From Octopus sinensis (lineage: Eukaryota), in NCBI RefSeq assembly GCF_006345805.1, contig NW_021832807.1:1-32619 (forward strand): 32,619 nt of DNA, in the 5' to 3' direction. Both the position numbers and the translations under genes were made by a program. This document shows positions 22,200 to 32,082 of this stretch, piece by piece (within the stretch, counting starts at the first letter, position 1; every line of letters starts with the position of its first letter). The notes under the pieces are model-generated. The model made no database searches, was not told the origin of the DNA, and saw nothing but the letters and a program-made list of their open reading frames with translations.

Positions 22200-22465
22200 C
22201 ACACACAAACACACACACTCACTCACACACAAACACACACACATATATGTCTACATTTGTGTGTGTGTGTGTCTTTCACCCGCACCATCGCTTGACAACC
22301 GTTGTTGGTGTGTTTAGGTCCCCATAACATAGCGGTTCGGCAAAGAGACTGATAGAATAAGAACTAGGCTTGTAAAGCTTAAGTCCCGGAGTAGATTTCT
22401 TCGACTAAAAAAACCCTTTAAGGTGGTGCTCCGGCATGGCCACAGTCAAATGGCAGAGGCAAAAA
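22005..22465 (+). mobile_element. SINE family A
   Basis: Head GACTGTGTGGTAAGAAGCTTGC, long central (CA)n, 3' module. Confidence 0.9.
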
Positions 22466-22604
22466 GAAAAAGAGAAACATTTTTGTTTGAATTCTACCCA
22501 TTCTTCCCAATCTCAAAATCCTTAGTTAACAAGATTTTTCTTTGTGTCCCTCGGTCGTGCCCCGATGGCTACTCCCTAATATCTTTGTCCTAATCACCGT
22601 ATTT

Positions 22605-22785
22605 AAGGCGTCGAGCTGGCTGAATCGTTAGCGCTTCGGGCAAAAATGCTTAGTAGTATTTCTTCCGCTCTTTTCGTTCTCAGTTCAAATCCCGCCGAGG
22701 TCAACTTTGCCTTTCCTTGGACTCTCTTTGGAGTCGATGAAGAACCGACGAAGTACTGGGCTCGATGTAATCGACTAACCCGCTT
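22605..22785 (+). mobile_element. SINE family B, degraded
   Basis: AAGGCGTCGAGCTGG...GTTCAAATCCCGCCGAGGTCAACTTTGCCTTTC. Confidence 0.8.
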
Positions 22786-23266
22786 CCGGCCAACGTAGCT
22801 GACCTTGAACCCTGCAACTGACCGACGTCCCGTTCAGGAGGTCGGGTATTTTATGAACCATGGAAACTGGGCATCCAGCCTTAAGAGTCCAAAAGCTCGA
22901 AATAAATCAAATCAATTCATGGTATTTAATTCTACTGTGATTGGTTATCTCTGATGTTGAACACATTTGACATAATCAGACACATCTTTGCTTGCAACTA
23001 TCACATCGGTTCCTTACACTTTCTTTCGCATTCACTGCCGAGCACTCCATCGAGTGTTCAAACCATATCTCTATTATGTTAAAACACAGGGTCGCTGGTT
23101 TTCGTACATTAAATAGGCTTCCCTATTCATAACCAACGCAACGACTTCCTTTCTATTTCTATACACACTGATCAAACGCGAAGTGTTACCAACTGAAGTG
23201 AAAATAAATTCTTTGCTGTAAAGATTTAATAAGACAGAAATTAGTCAATTCAAATGAGTCAATAAA

Positions 23267-24047
23267 AAGGCGGCGAGCTGGCAGAAACGTTAGCACACCG
23301 GGCGAAATGCGTAGCCGTATTTCGTCTGCCGTTACGTTCTGAGTTCAAATTCCGCCGAGGTCGACTTTGCCTTTCATCCTTCCGGTATCGATAAATCAAG
23401 TAGCAGTTACGGACTGGGGTCGATATAATCGACTTAATCCCTTTATCTGTCCTTGTTTGTCCCCTCCGTGTTTAGCCCCTTGTGGGTAGTAAAGAAATAG
23501 GTATTTCGTCTGCCGCTACGTTCTGAGCTCAAATTCCGCCGAGGTCGACTTTGCCTTTCATCCTTCCGGGGTCGATTAAATAAGTACCAGTTACGCACTG
23601 GGGTCGATATAATCGACTTAATCCGTTTGTATGTCCTTGTTTGTCTCTGTGTTTAGCGCCTTATGGGTAGTAAAGAAATAGGTATTTCGTCTGTCGTTAC
23701 GTTCTGAGTTCAAATTCCGCCGAGGTCGACTTTGCCTTTCATCCTTCCGGGGTCGATAAATCAAGTAGCAGTTACGGACTGGGGTCGATATAATCGACTT
23801 AATCCGTTTGTCTGTCCTTGTTTGTCCCCTCTGTGTTTAGCCCTTTGTGGGTAGTAAAGAAATAGGTATTTCGTCTGACGTTACGTTCTGAGTTCAAATT
23901 CCGCCGAGGTCGACTTTGCCTTTCATCCTTCCGATGTCGATAAATTAAGTACCAGTTACGCACTGGGGTCGATGTAATCGACTTAATCCCTTTATCTTTC
24001 CTTGTTTGTCCCCTCTATGTTTAGCCCCTTCTGGGCAATAAAGAAAT
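23267..24047 (+). mobile_element. SINE family B head plus four tandem ~183-bp units
   Basis: Units start GTATTTCGTCTG at 23317, 23501, 23682 and 23866. Only the first has the 5' A-box segment. Confidence 0.95.
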
Positions 24048-24397
24048 TAGAAATAAGTCAGTTCATTTAACTAGCTTGCCTTAGATGAGAAAATCTACTA
24101 CTAAATACAGTTTTTATTTTTTTAGACGTTAAATACAAGTAGAGAGAGATTTTGCATTCCAAACGCATAAACAGTTTCAGTTATTTGAATCTTTCAACTC
24201 ATTAAATTGAACGACTCTACTGTACAAAACTGCTGAATGATTGTTTAGTGTGCGTATGATGAAACTCTAAGCAACGACGTTACTAGTTCCAGGACTATAT
24301 GAATTACATATTTCACTCTCCTGTGTATTCATCCGCTATCCTTGTCTCGTGTGATTCATATAACAGAGTGTGTGCGTTTATGCATACATAGGTAAAA

Positions 24398-24616
24398 AGG
24401 CGGCGAGCTGGCAGAAATGTTAGCACGCCGGGCGAAATGCGTAGCCGTATTTCGTCTGCCGTTACGTTCTGAGTTCAAATTCCGCCGAGGTCGACTTTGC
24501 CTTTCATCCTTCCGGTATCGATAAATCAAGTAGCAGTTACGGACTGGGATCGATGTAATCGACTTAATCCCTTTGTCTGTCCCCTCTGTGTGTAGCCCCT
24601 TGTGGGCAGTAAAGAA
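24398..24616 (+). mobile_element. SINE family B monomer with 10-bp TSD
   Basis: TSD ATAGGTAAAA at 24388-24397 and 24617-24626. Confidence 0.93.
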
Positions 24617-24626
24617 ATAGGTAAAA

Positions 24627-24770
24627 TGTGGTTTCGGCTTCGAGCCCGACTGAATTCGCATCTTGAGCAAGTGGCGTCTATTATAGTCTTGGATGGACTA
24701 ATGCCTTGTAACAGAAATAGGTTGATGGAAAATGTGACGAAGCCTGTCGTGTGAGCGTGTGTGTGTGAGA
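24627..24770 (+). mobile_element. SINE family A, degraded 5' module
   Basis: CTTGAGCAAGTGGCGTCTATTATAG...GAAGCCTGTCGT followed by a microsatellite. Confidence 0.6.
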
Positions 24771-24905
24771 GAGAGTGTGAGTGTGTGTTTGTGTGGGCTG
24801 GACTCTCATGTCGAGGACGGCGTATGGTCGTTCACTGGTTCGAACTGAATAACCTTCTCTTTGATATAAAATACAAAGTGGCTATATCGATTACTGAGCT
24901 CCCTC

Positions 24906-24984
24906 AGCAGAACGAACGGAAGAGCAACTCGATCGGTTTCGCCGGTCATTACCAGCTCATCAGGAGTGTTTACTTCGTTCTGCT
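24906..24984 (-). ncRNA. Free-standing type I hammerhead ribozyme with extended stem I
   Basis: Minus strand: AGCAGAACGAA GUAAAC ACUC CUGAUGA GCUGGU-AAUG-ACCGGC GAAA CCGAU C GAGU UGCUCUUCCG UUCGUUCUGCU. Confidence 0.88.
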
Positions 24985-25084
24985 TATAAATATAGTACCT
25001 TAGAGTCAGTTTGAAAAATATGATTAGTACAGACACCAGTTTTACTCATTTGGTTTTCTGTGTAATCATTGAAGTCACAAAAAC

Positions 25085-25255
25085 AGAAATTTCGTGGGGG
25101 CGGGGGTCAGTACTTTGATTTATCGATCTACAGAAAATAAAAAAGATACCGTGGCACTGGATGGAATTGAAAGTCAGGACCTAAAATACCACAGTGTAAT
25201 GGCATAAGGCATTTTGTCTGATGCTCTAAAAATTCTGTCGGTCCGACTCTTTAGC
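25085..25255 (-). mobile_element. SINE family B-related, heavily degraded
   Basis: TTTATCGATC...GGAATTGAA...GCATTTTGTCTGATGCTCTAA...TTCTGTC layout. Confidence 0.55.
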
Positions 25256-25267
25256 TAGACGTAATAA

Positions 25268-25797
25268 TACTGTAAATCCTCGAGTATATCCGCATTTTTT
25301 CCCCCAAATTTAATGGTCAAAATCCCTAGTGCGTACTATATACGAGGTTAAAAATGAAAAATATTTTCTAAGCAATGTCCGAATTTCTATTTGCTGTCCG
25401 GCAATTTTTATTCAGACGCATTTTGTGATGTCGGGCGCGAAAATACCTTAAGCTAAGCCTGAAAGCAATGAAGTCATAAAAGAATCATCCATAACTTGCA
25501 GTAAACAACATTTATTAAAATAAAGGTAAATATTCAGAACACAGAATAACATGTAGCAAAAACAATTTGCAAACATATTTACATTCCCATATAACAGTTA
25601 AGAACATTACCATTATTGAATTAACGCATGCGCGGAAGTGTTTGTTCGACTAGGTACTGCTGGCTTAATTACGCACGACTCAAGTTAGAGAAGGGGTGCG
25701 TATTATACACAAGGTTTAGGTTTCTCAGAGGTACAGCCCCCTAAAAATCCCCTGCGTATTATACTCAATGGCGGACTATACTCGAGGATTTACGGTA
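25268..25797 (-). mobile_element. Tc1/mariner-superfamily (pogo-like) MITE, copy 2
   Basis: TA-CTGTAAATCCTCGAGTATA ... TATACTCGAGGATTTACGG-TA; inverse of 7904-8418. Confidence 0.9.
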
Positions 25798-25849
25798 ATC
25801 ACAATTGTTTTTTAACAATTACTTGCGTGTAAGCAATTGTAATCTCTGT

Positions 25850-25930
25850 GAAACGAAAGAATTAGTCTCCGCTGATGACCCGGTAATTACTAGTCGAAAC
25901 TAGTTTAGCTGTTCGTCGGTTCGTTCTGCA
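25850..25930 (+). ncRNA. Degraded type I hammerhead ribozyme motif
   Basis: CUGAUGA (25872) CCCGGUAAUUACUAGUC GAAA CUAGU U. Palindromic stem III ACUAGU; stems I and II are poorly paired. Confidence 0.6.
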
Positions 25931-26159
25931 GAGAATGCCATGTTGTTTAACCACGGGTGAGGTTAAATATATGGTTATTATATATAGAATGTAAGTTTAT
26001 TTAGACCTTATCAATGCACAGTTGAAGCCGCTTATTGTGATCATTTTGGGATGGAACCTTTTAAATTATAATAACTGGTTGATGACACTAAGCAGAGGAC
26101 ATAATAATATACTGAGCTTGTATGGAATCTGCTAATTTAGATAATAATAACCGTTTACT

Positions 26160-26313
26160 AATATTAAATATATACACACATGCGTACATACATTCACATA
26201 CACCTGTGTGTATACACACACACACACACATATATATATATACATATGTATGTATATATACACACACACATATGTATGTATGTATATATATATATGTATA
26301 TATATATATTGTG

Positions 26314-26357
<44 letters not shown>

Positions 26358-26504
26358 GCACACATCCCTCCCCATACACAACATATACTGTGTATATGTA
26401 TACGCAGATGTATTTAGTGTGCATATGTTGTACACACCTGTGCATTGCTGTATATGTTTATCTCTACCTATCTGTCTACACTTATAAATGTATGTGTATG
26501 CGTA

Positions 26505-26552
<48 letters not shown>

Positions 26553-26640
26553 CACATATATATATGTATATAAGTATATATACTCACACATACACACTCG
26601 TACACATATTCGCACACACACACACACACACACACGATAC
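26160..26640. repeat. (TA)n/(CA)n/(TATG)n compound microsatellite
   Basis: Read directly. Confidence 0.9.
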
Positions 26641-27689
26641 CGTGACATAGTGGCTGAAGTCTAATCAGAACGATTCCTTTCCGTGGCATATATTCTGACT
26701 GGCATTGACCATTCCAGTGTGCCAACGTTTTGAATGCGGTGGAGAAGCATTGGAGCCTTCCCAATAACACACAAATCAGTTTACACGAAATGACAGCTGT
26801 ATTTCTCTGTAAGTTTCGTCAAATGTGCAGGGCTTCCATACAATAGAATTATCAGGCCACTCGTTGGCCAAAGAGATGTTGTTTCCGACACGACACACAC
26901 ACTAAGAAGCCCGTGAAAGCCATGCAGCGAAAGTCATACGTTGAGGCGACGATGAAGATGAAGTCTGTTTGGACTCGAACTCCTTGACAGTCCTGTATCC
27001 TGGTAAATATGTCATACCGTATTATGTTTCTCACTAACATCCTTTCACAATAATGTTGTTTTTTTTTTTAAACTAATTCTATCGCTAATCAGACGCACAT
27101 TTATTAGCTGGAGCAGTCGTAGGTCTTCCTCAAACTCAGGCTGGTTTTTACCCTAAGGCAACGAATTGCTTAAATAAACACATTTCTTGATGACAACAAC
27201 ATAGATCAGAGAAGGTGGGTGAAGGATTTGTTTAGACGAGGAAGAGAGAAATTATAAAAACAAACAAAAAGTGTGAAGGATAATAAAATAAGTAAATAAA
27301 ACGATTGGCAAGCGTGTGAGGGAGGTAGGGATAGAATGAAGGGGGCAGGCAAAGATAGAATGTAATAGAAACCAAGCGAGCGCCAGGAGTATTTTTCCAC
27401 CGGAGGGCGAGTTAGAACTCGCTCCCTTCATATCTTAAACTTACAATAATGCTTACATTTATATATTAATTATATCTATGGCTTTCTTTGTTTCTTTCGT
27501 TTTCTTTGTCTGTAGGGACACTGAAGCAGATTCACAATGGGAAAGACGTCGCATGCTGTGACGTTCATACCTTTCCTATTTGGTATTAACTGCGTTGAGT
27601 TAAATGGCTGAAACCGGAAATCAAAACTGCATCACCGGAAGCTTAGTCTTCGTTTAACGATGCTTGCATGTTAATGGTGGTGCCAGTGG

Positions 27690-27840
27690 TGGTGGATCCC
27701 CGTCGTTTGACGATGAAGATCCCGTTGTTCGATCAACTGAATAATCTGCTCTTGAATTAACGTGAGCGTTCCGCAGACATTCATCCTTAACGTAATTCTC
27801 AGACTGAATCAAAATGACACAGTCTGCATGATAAGGTTGT
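27690..27840 (-). mobile_element. SINE family D, degraded 3' half
   Basis: Its reverse complement aligns with ~28870-29020 (GAGAATTACGTTAAGG...CACGTTAATT...GAGCAG...GTTGATCG). Confidence 0.7.
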
Positions 27841-28029
27841 ACCTTTTGAATCACATGTACAATCTATCTGACAACTTGCACTTACGCCATTTTACTTACA
27901 ATATTAAAAACAGATATTAAAAAGCTACACTTGCGAATTTGTCCAAGATACCTCGCACAGCGAGATCGAACCCGGGATCTTGTAGTTGCAAAATGCATTT
28001 CATAGCCATCCGTTCATAATGTGGTAAAA

Positions 28030-28440
28030 TTGGCCTCAGCGGGATTTGAACTCAAAATGTAAAATACCACAAAAATTTATTTTGCTGACTCTCAAACCAT
28101 TCTGCCAGCTCATCACCATAACTGAACCTAAAAATAATTGCTTCAAATTTTGGCACAATGCCAGTAATTTTAGGGCGAGGGTATTAGTCGATCCCTTTGA
28201 TCCCAGTACTGAACTGGCACTTTATTTTATCAACCTCGAAAGATAGACTTGACCACCGAGGGATTTAAACTCAGAATATAGACCATCGTAAGATATGCCG
28301 CTACGCATTTTGCCCAGTGTGCCTTCGATTCTGCTAGTTCTTCCCTATATTGGCTTCAAATTTTGGCACAACGTCATCAAGTTCATTGGAGGCCGGGGCT
28401 ATTTGATTATATCGACCCACGTGCCCAACTGGTATTTATA
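28030..28440 (-). mobile_element. Cluster of three degraded SINE B-related fragments
   Basis: Recurrent CTTCAAATTTTGGCACAA tail and GGATTT(G/A)AACTCA B-box segments. Confidence 0.7.
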
Positions 28441-28564
28441 TATCGTTAATATATATATATAGTTAATGCTTGAAATCAATATTTCTCCACCTGTATGCGA
28501 TTTGTGATCCACATTCGGAAAAGTAATCAAACATAGATATTACAAGAGACAACTATTTTCAGGG

Positions 28565-28645
<81 letters not shown>

Positions 28646-28660
28646 TGTGGTGTGTTTGGT

Positions 28661-29030
28661 GGAGGCACATGGCCTAATGGTTAGAGCAGCGGTCGAGGAA
28701 CCGTGGGTTCGAATCTCAGACCCGGCGATGTGTGTGTTTTATGAGCGAAACACCTAAGCCCCACGCGGCTCCGGCAGGGGTTGGGGTGACGAACCCTGTT
28801 GTACTCTTTCACCACAACTTTCTCTCACTCTTTCTTCCTGTTTCTGTTGTACCTGTATTTCAAAGGGCCAGCCTTGTCACTCTGTATTCCGCTGAATCTC
28901 CCCAAGAACTATGTTAAGGGTACACGTGCCTGTGGAGTGGTCAGCCACTTACACCTTAATTTCACGAGCAGGCGGTTCCGTTGATCAGATCAATTGGAAC
29001 CCTCGTCGTCGTAACCAACAGAGTGCCACG
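28661..29030 (+). mobile_element. tRNA-derived SINE (family D)
   Basis: GGAGGCACATGGCCTAATGGTTAG (A box) and GGGTTCGAATCTC (B box), embedded between microsatellites. Confidence 0.8.
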
Positions 29031-29031
29031 A

Positions 29032-29081
<50 letters not shown>

Positions 29082-29114
29082 TGTGTGTGTGTGTGTGTGT
29101 GAATATTTAGTAAT

Positions 29115-29437
29115 AATATTTTCAAATTTTGGCATAAGACCAACAAGTTCGACGAAGCGGGTAAGTCAATTACATCGACCTCAGTGGTTCCTATTTGGTT
29201 CCTATTTTATTGACTTCGAAAGGACGAAAGGCAAAATCGTCCTGGCGGAATTTGAACTCAGAAAGTAAAGTTAGATGAAACGCCGCCGAGCATTTTTACC
29301 CAGCGTGCTATCTGATCTGAACTGGAAAATATTCTTTTCTTCTCTAGGCACAAGACCCGAAATTAGATCGACCCCAGTACACAACTGTTACTTAATTTAT
29401 CGACCCTGAAAGGATGAAAGGCAAAATCGACCTCGGT
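29115..29437 (-). mobile_element. Two SINE B-related fragments
   Basis: GAAAGGA(C/T)GAAAGGCAAAATCG occurs twice. Confidence 0.75.
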
Positions 29438-29442
29438 ACAAA

Positions 29443-29830
29443 TCTATATATATATATAAAGCTGAAGTTGTCTGTGTGTGGCAGGTTTGGTAGCCTTCAA
29501 CTAACACTATCTCCTCCGAGACCCTGCGGCGCAAGTTGATCAAAATTGAGAGCGTGATAAGAAGAAGGCTTGCTCTTCATTCTGTAGAAGATAAAATTCA
29601 AATCGGACCATGTTAAGACCAAAAATTATTTACATTAAAAAGGTGCTTTATTTCTATGAAAATTACTATTTTTTACGATTTTTTGACTGCTGTGTTGCCA
29701 TTTTTCGGTGTATTTCAATCAGAAAAATGTTCACTTAAAGAGAATAACAAGCTACATAATGCAAAATTTTCAAAAATTCCAATTCTAAAGGGTCAAAACA
29801 AACCCAAGCAACGCCGGGCGATACTGCTAG
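29443..29830 (+). mobile_element. Non-autonomous Helitron
   Basis: A|TCTATATATA...GCAACGCCGGGCGATACTGCTAG|T: 5' TC, 3' stem-loop plus CTAG, A-T target. Confidence 0.85.
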
Positions 29831-29853
29831 TACTAAATAATAATAGGTTTTTA

Positions 29854-30271
29854 CAGGGTCGGATTAAAACCCATCGAGGCCCTAAGTACTTAAAAAGTTT
29901 TGGTGCCCCCATAAAACATTATGTAATTCAAAATATAAACAATAACAAACCATAAAATAAATAATTTCTCAAAACGAAACAAAAGAGTAAAAGGGGAAAT
30001 AAATTTTTACTTTTGTATACTTCCACCTTATCTGAAAAGTTTCCTCCTACATTTTTGAGTTGCAAGGTCTTTGATCAGATCCTCAAAATTAACCTTAGGT
30101 AACACATCTGCATCTATACTTAGTAGAGATAAAGGCACCCCGATTATTATTTTAGAAAGTTTAAAGTGATTTCTTTTGTGCCGTAGACCATTTACTATCT
30201 CTGTGGTACCCTCTCTTTCCCTTGATGCCCTAAGCACATGCTTATTTTGATTAATGGTTAATCCAGCGCTG
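29854..30271 (-). mobile_element. hAT deletion derivative retaining the transposase C-terminus
   Basis: TIRs CAGGGTCGGATTAA / TTAATCCAGCGCTG. Minus-strand LSLLSIDADVLPKVNFEDLIKDLATQKCRRKLF resembles the end of the hAT C-terminal dimerisation region. The 8-bp flanks match only 5/8. Confidence 0.8.
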
Positions 30272-30775
30272 GGTTATATTTAATTGAATTCAAACTTAAG
30301 AGAATTTATACATTTTTTTCCTTCTTACCTTAGACATAAGTAAATAATTTGCTTGTATCGCTTACTGTTATTTTATAGTAAATGCATAGAATCATAAAAT
30401 CAGATTATTTAAGTCGGGTCTGGCGTGTGAAGTGATGGATGTCTGAAGAAGACGGAATAATTAACCTAGTATTTCACAGTGACCCTTGTCATTAGTTTGA
30501 AGGGGGTCTCAGTAATAATGGATAGTACACAGAGAATCAGTTGGCTTCAAACCGACACTGGTGTGTGTGTGTATTTATGTATATATATATGTGTGTGAGT
30601 GTGTTTGTGTGCATGTATGCATGTATGTATGTATAAATGTATGTATGAATGTATGTACGTATCTATGTGTGTGTGTGTGTTTATGTTCAGTGATAATTAA
30701 AACGATCTGATGGATTTCTCTATAATATTGTAGAGTACAAATTTATTATTCTTAAACAAGAATATTATTGACAAT

Positions 30776-30814
30776 GACTTCGAAGTTTCGGCCAGTTAAG
30801 TCATCGTCGGATAT
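30776..30814 (-). ncRNA. Degenerate hammerhead-like motif
   Basis: Minus strand: CCGACGA UGACUUAACUGGCC GAAA CUUCGAAGU C. Perfect palindromic stem III and GUC triplet, but stems I and II are weak. Confidence 0.35.
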
Positions 30815-31560
30815 ACATACACACACACATACATACATACATACATACATACATACATACAACATACATACATACATACATACATACACACACACTCATA
30901 CATACATACATACATACATACATACATACATACATACACACACACTCATACATACATACATACATACATACATACATACATACATACACACGCACTCATA
31001 CATACATAAGACATACATATACATACATACATAACATACATACAACACAAACACTCATACATACATACATACATACATACATACATTACACACGCACTCA
31101 TACATACATAACATACATACACACGCACTCATACATACATACATTACATACATACATACATACATACATACACACGCACTCATACATACATACATACATA
31201 CATACATAAATACATACATTGAATAAATAAATACATACAACATACACACGCACTCATACATACATACATACATACATACACACGCACTCATACATACATA
31301 CATACATACATACATACATACATACACACGCACTCATACATAGATACATACATACATACATACATACATACACACGCACTCATACATACATACATACATA
31401 CATACATACATACATACATACATACATACATACATACATACATACATACACACGCACTCATACATACATACATACATACATACATACATACTACATACAT
31501 ACATACATACATACACACGCACTCATACATACATACATACATACATACATACACACGCAC
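30814..31560. repeat. (CATA)n array punctuated by CACACGCACT
   Basis: Read directly; explains ORFs at 30768-31665. Confidence 0.95.
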
Positions 31561-31569
31561 ATATATGTA

Positions 31570-31783
31570 TATACCGGAGTAAGCACATAAACAAGGTGGA
31601 AAAAAAGAGTACTCAAATACCAGGTGTAGAGTAATACACTTTATTAAAAGCAACAGAAATATCACAAAAAGCCTTACTCAGAGTTTCACGTTCGCCTGTC
31701 CGGCGAACATGAGTAACAGTTTTGTGATATTTCTGATGCTTTTGATAAACTCCGAGTAACTGTTTTCTACTGCTTTTAATAAA

Positions 31784-31786
<3 letters not shown>
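31570..31786. mobile_element. Penelope pseudo-LTR fragment with inverted duplications
   Basis: 31570-31695 is homologous to 13970-14100 (AACAAGGTGGAAAAAAGAGTACTCAAATACCAG). 31700-31749 and 31754-31786 are inverted partial copies. Confidence 0.85.
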
Positions 31787-31821
<35 letters not shown>

Positions 31822-31922
31822 TCAATATAGGGTGGCCAAAAAAAAATTTTGTAGAATTCTTTTTGCACCGCGGCCGCCTAGTGGGAAAAAATTAAATAGT
31901 CATAGACCATTTTAAGTTCAAC

Positions 31923-32048
31923 ATCAACAATCAAGGAACGGCCATGATAGGCCATTCACCCACTAGAAATAACAGCCATTTGCGGTTGAAGCTTTGGCTG
32001 TTATTTCTAGTGGGTGAATGGCCTATCATGGCCGTTCCTTGATTGTTG

Positions 32049-32050
<2 letters not shown>
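31923..32050. repeat. Perfect inverted repeat with 56-bp arms and a 16-bp spacer
   Basis: 31923-31978 is the exact reverse complement of 31995-32050. Confidence 0.97.

Positions 32051-32082
<32 letters not shown>

Noticed and set aside
23317-24047. Regular ~183-bp repeats as CRISPR array or satellite
   Set aside because: There are no unique spacers; units are SINE bodies matching dispersed monomers.
28661-28735. tRNA gene candidates here and at 1720-1796 and the SINE A heads
   Set aside because: A/B boxes are present, but they continue into SINE bodies and I could not form a complete cloverleaf.
30440-30470. CTGAAGA as a hammerhead core
   Set aside because: No downstream stem II or GAAA.
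31824-31920. TATAGGGTGGCCA, a Tc1-like TIR start
   Set aside because: No matching second TIR or transposase sequence is visible.
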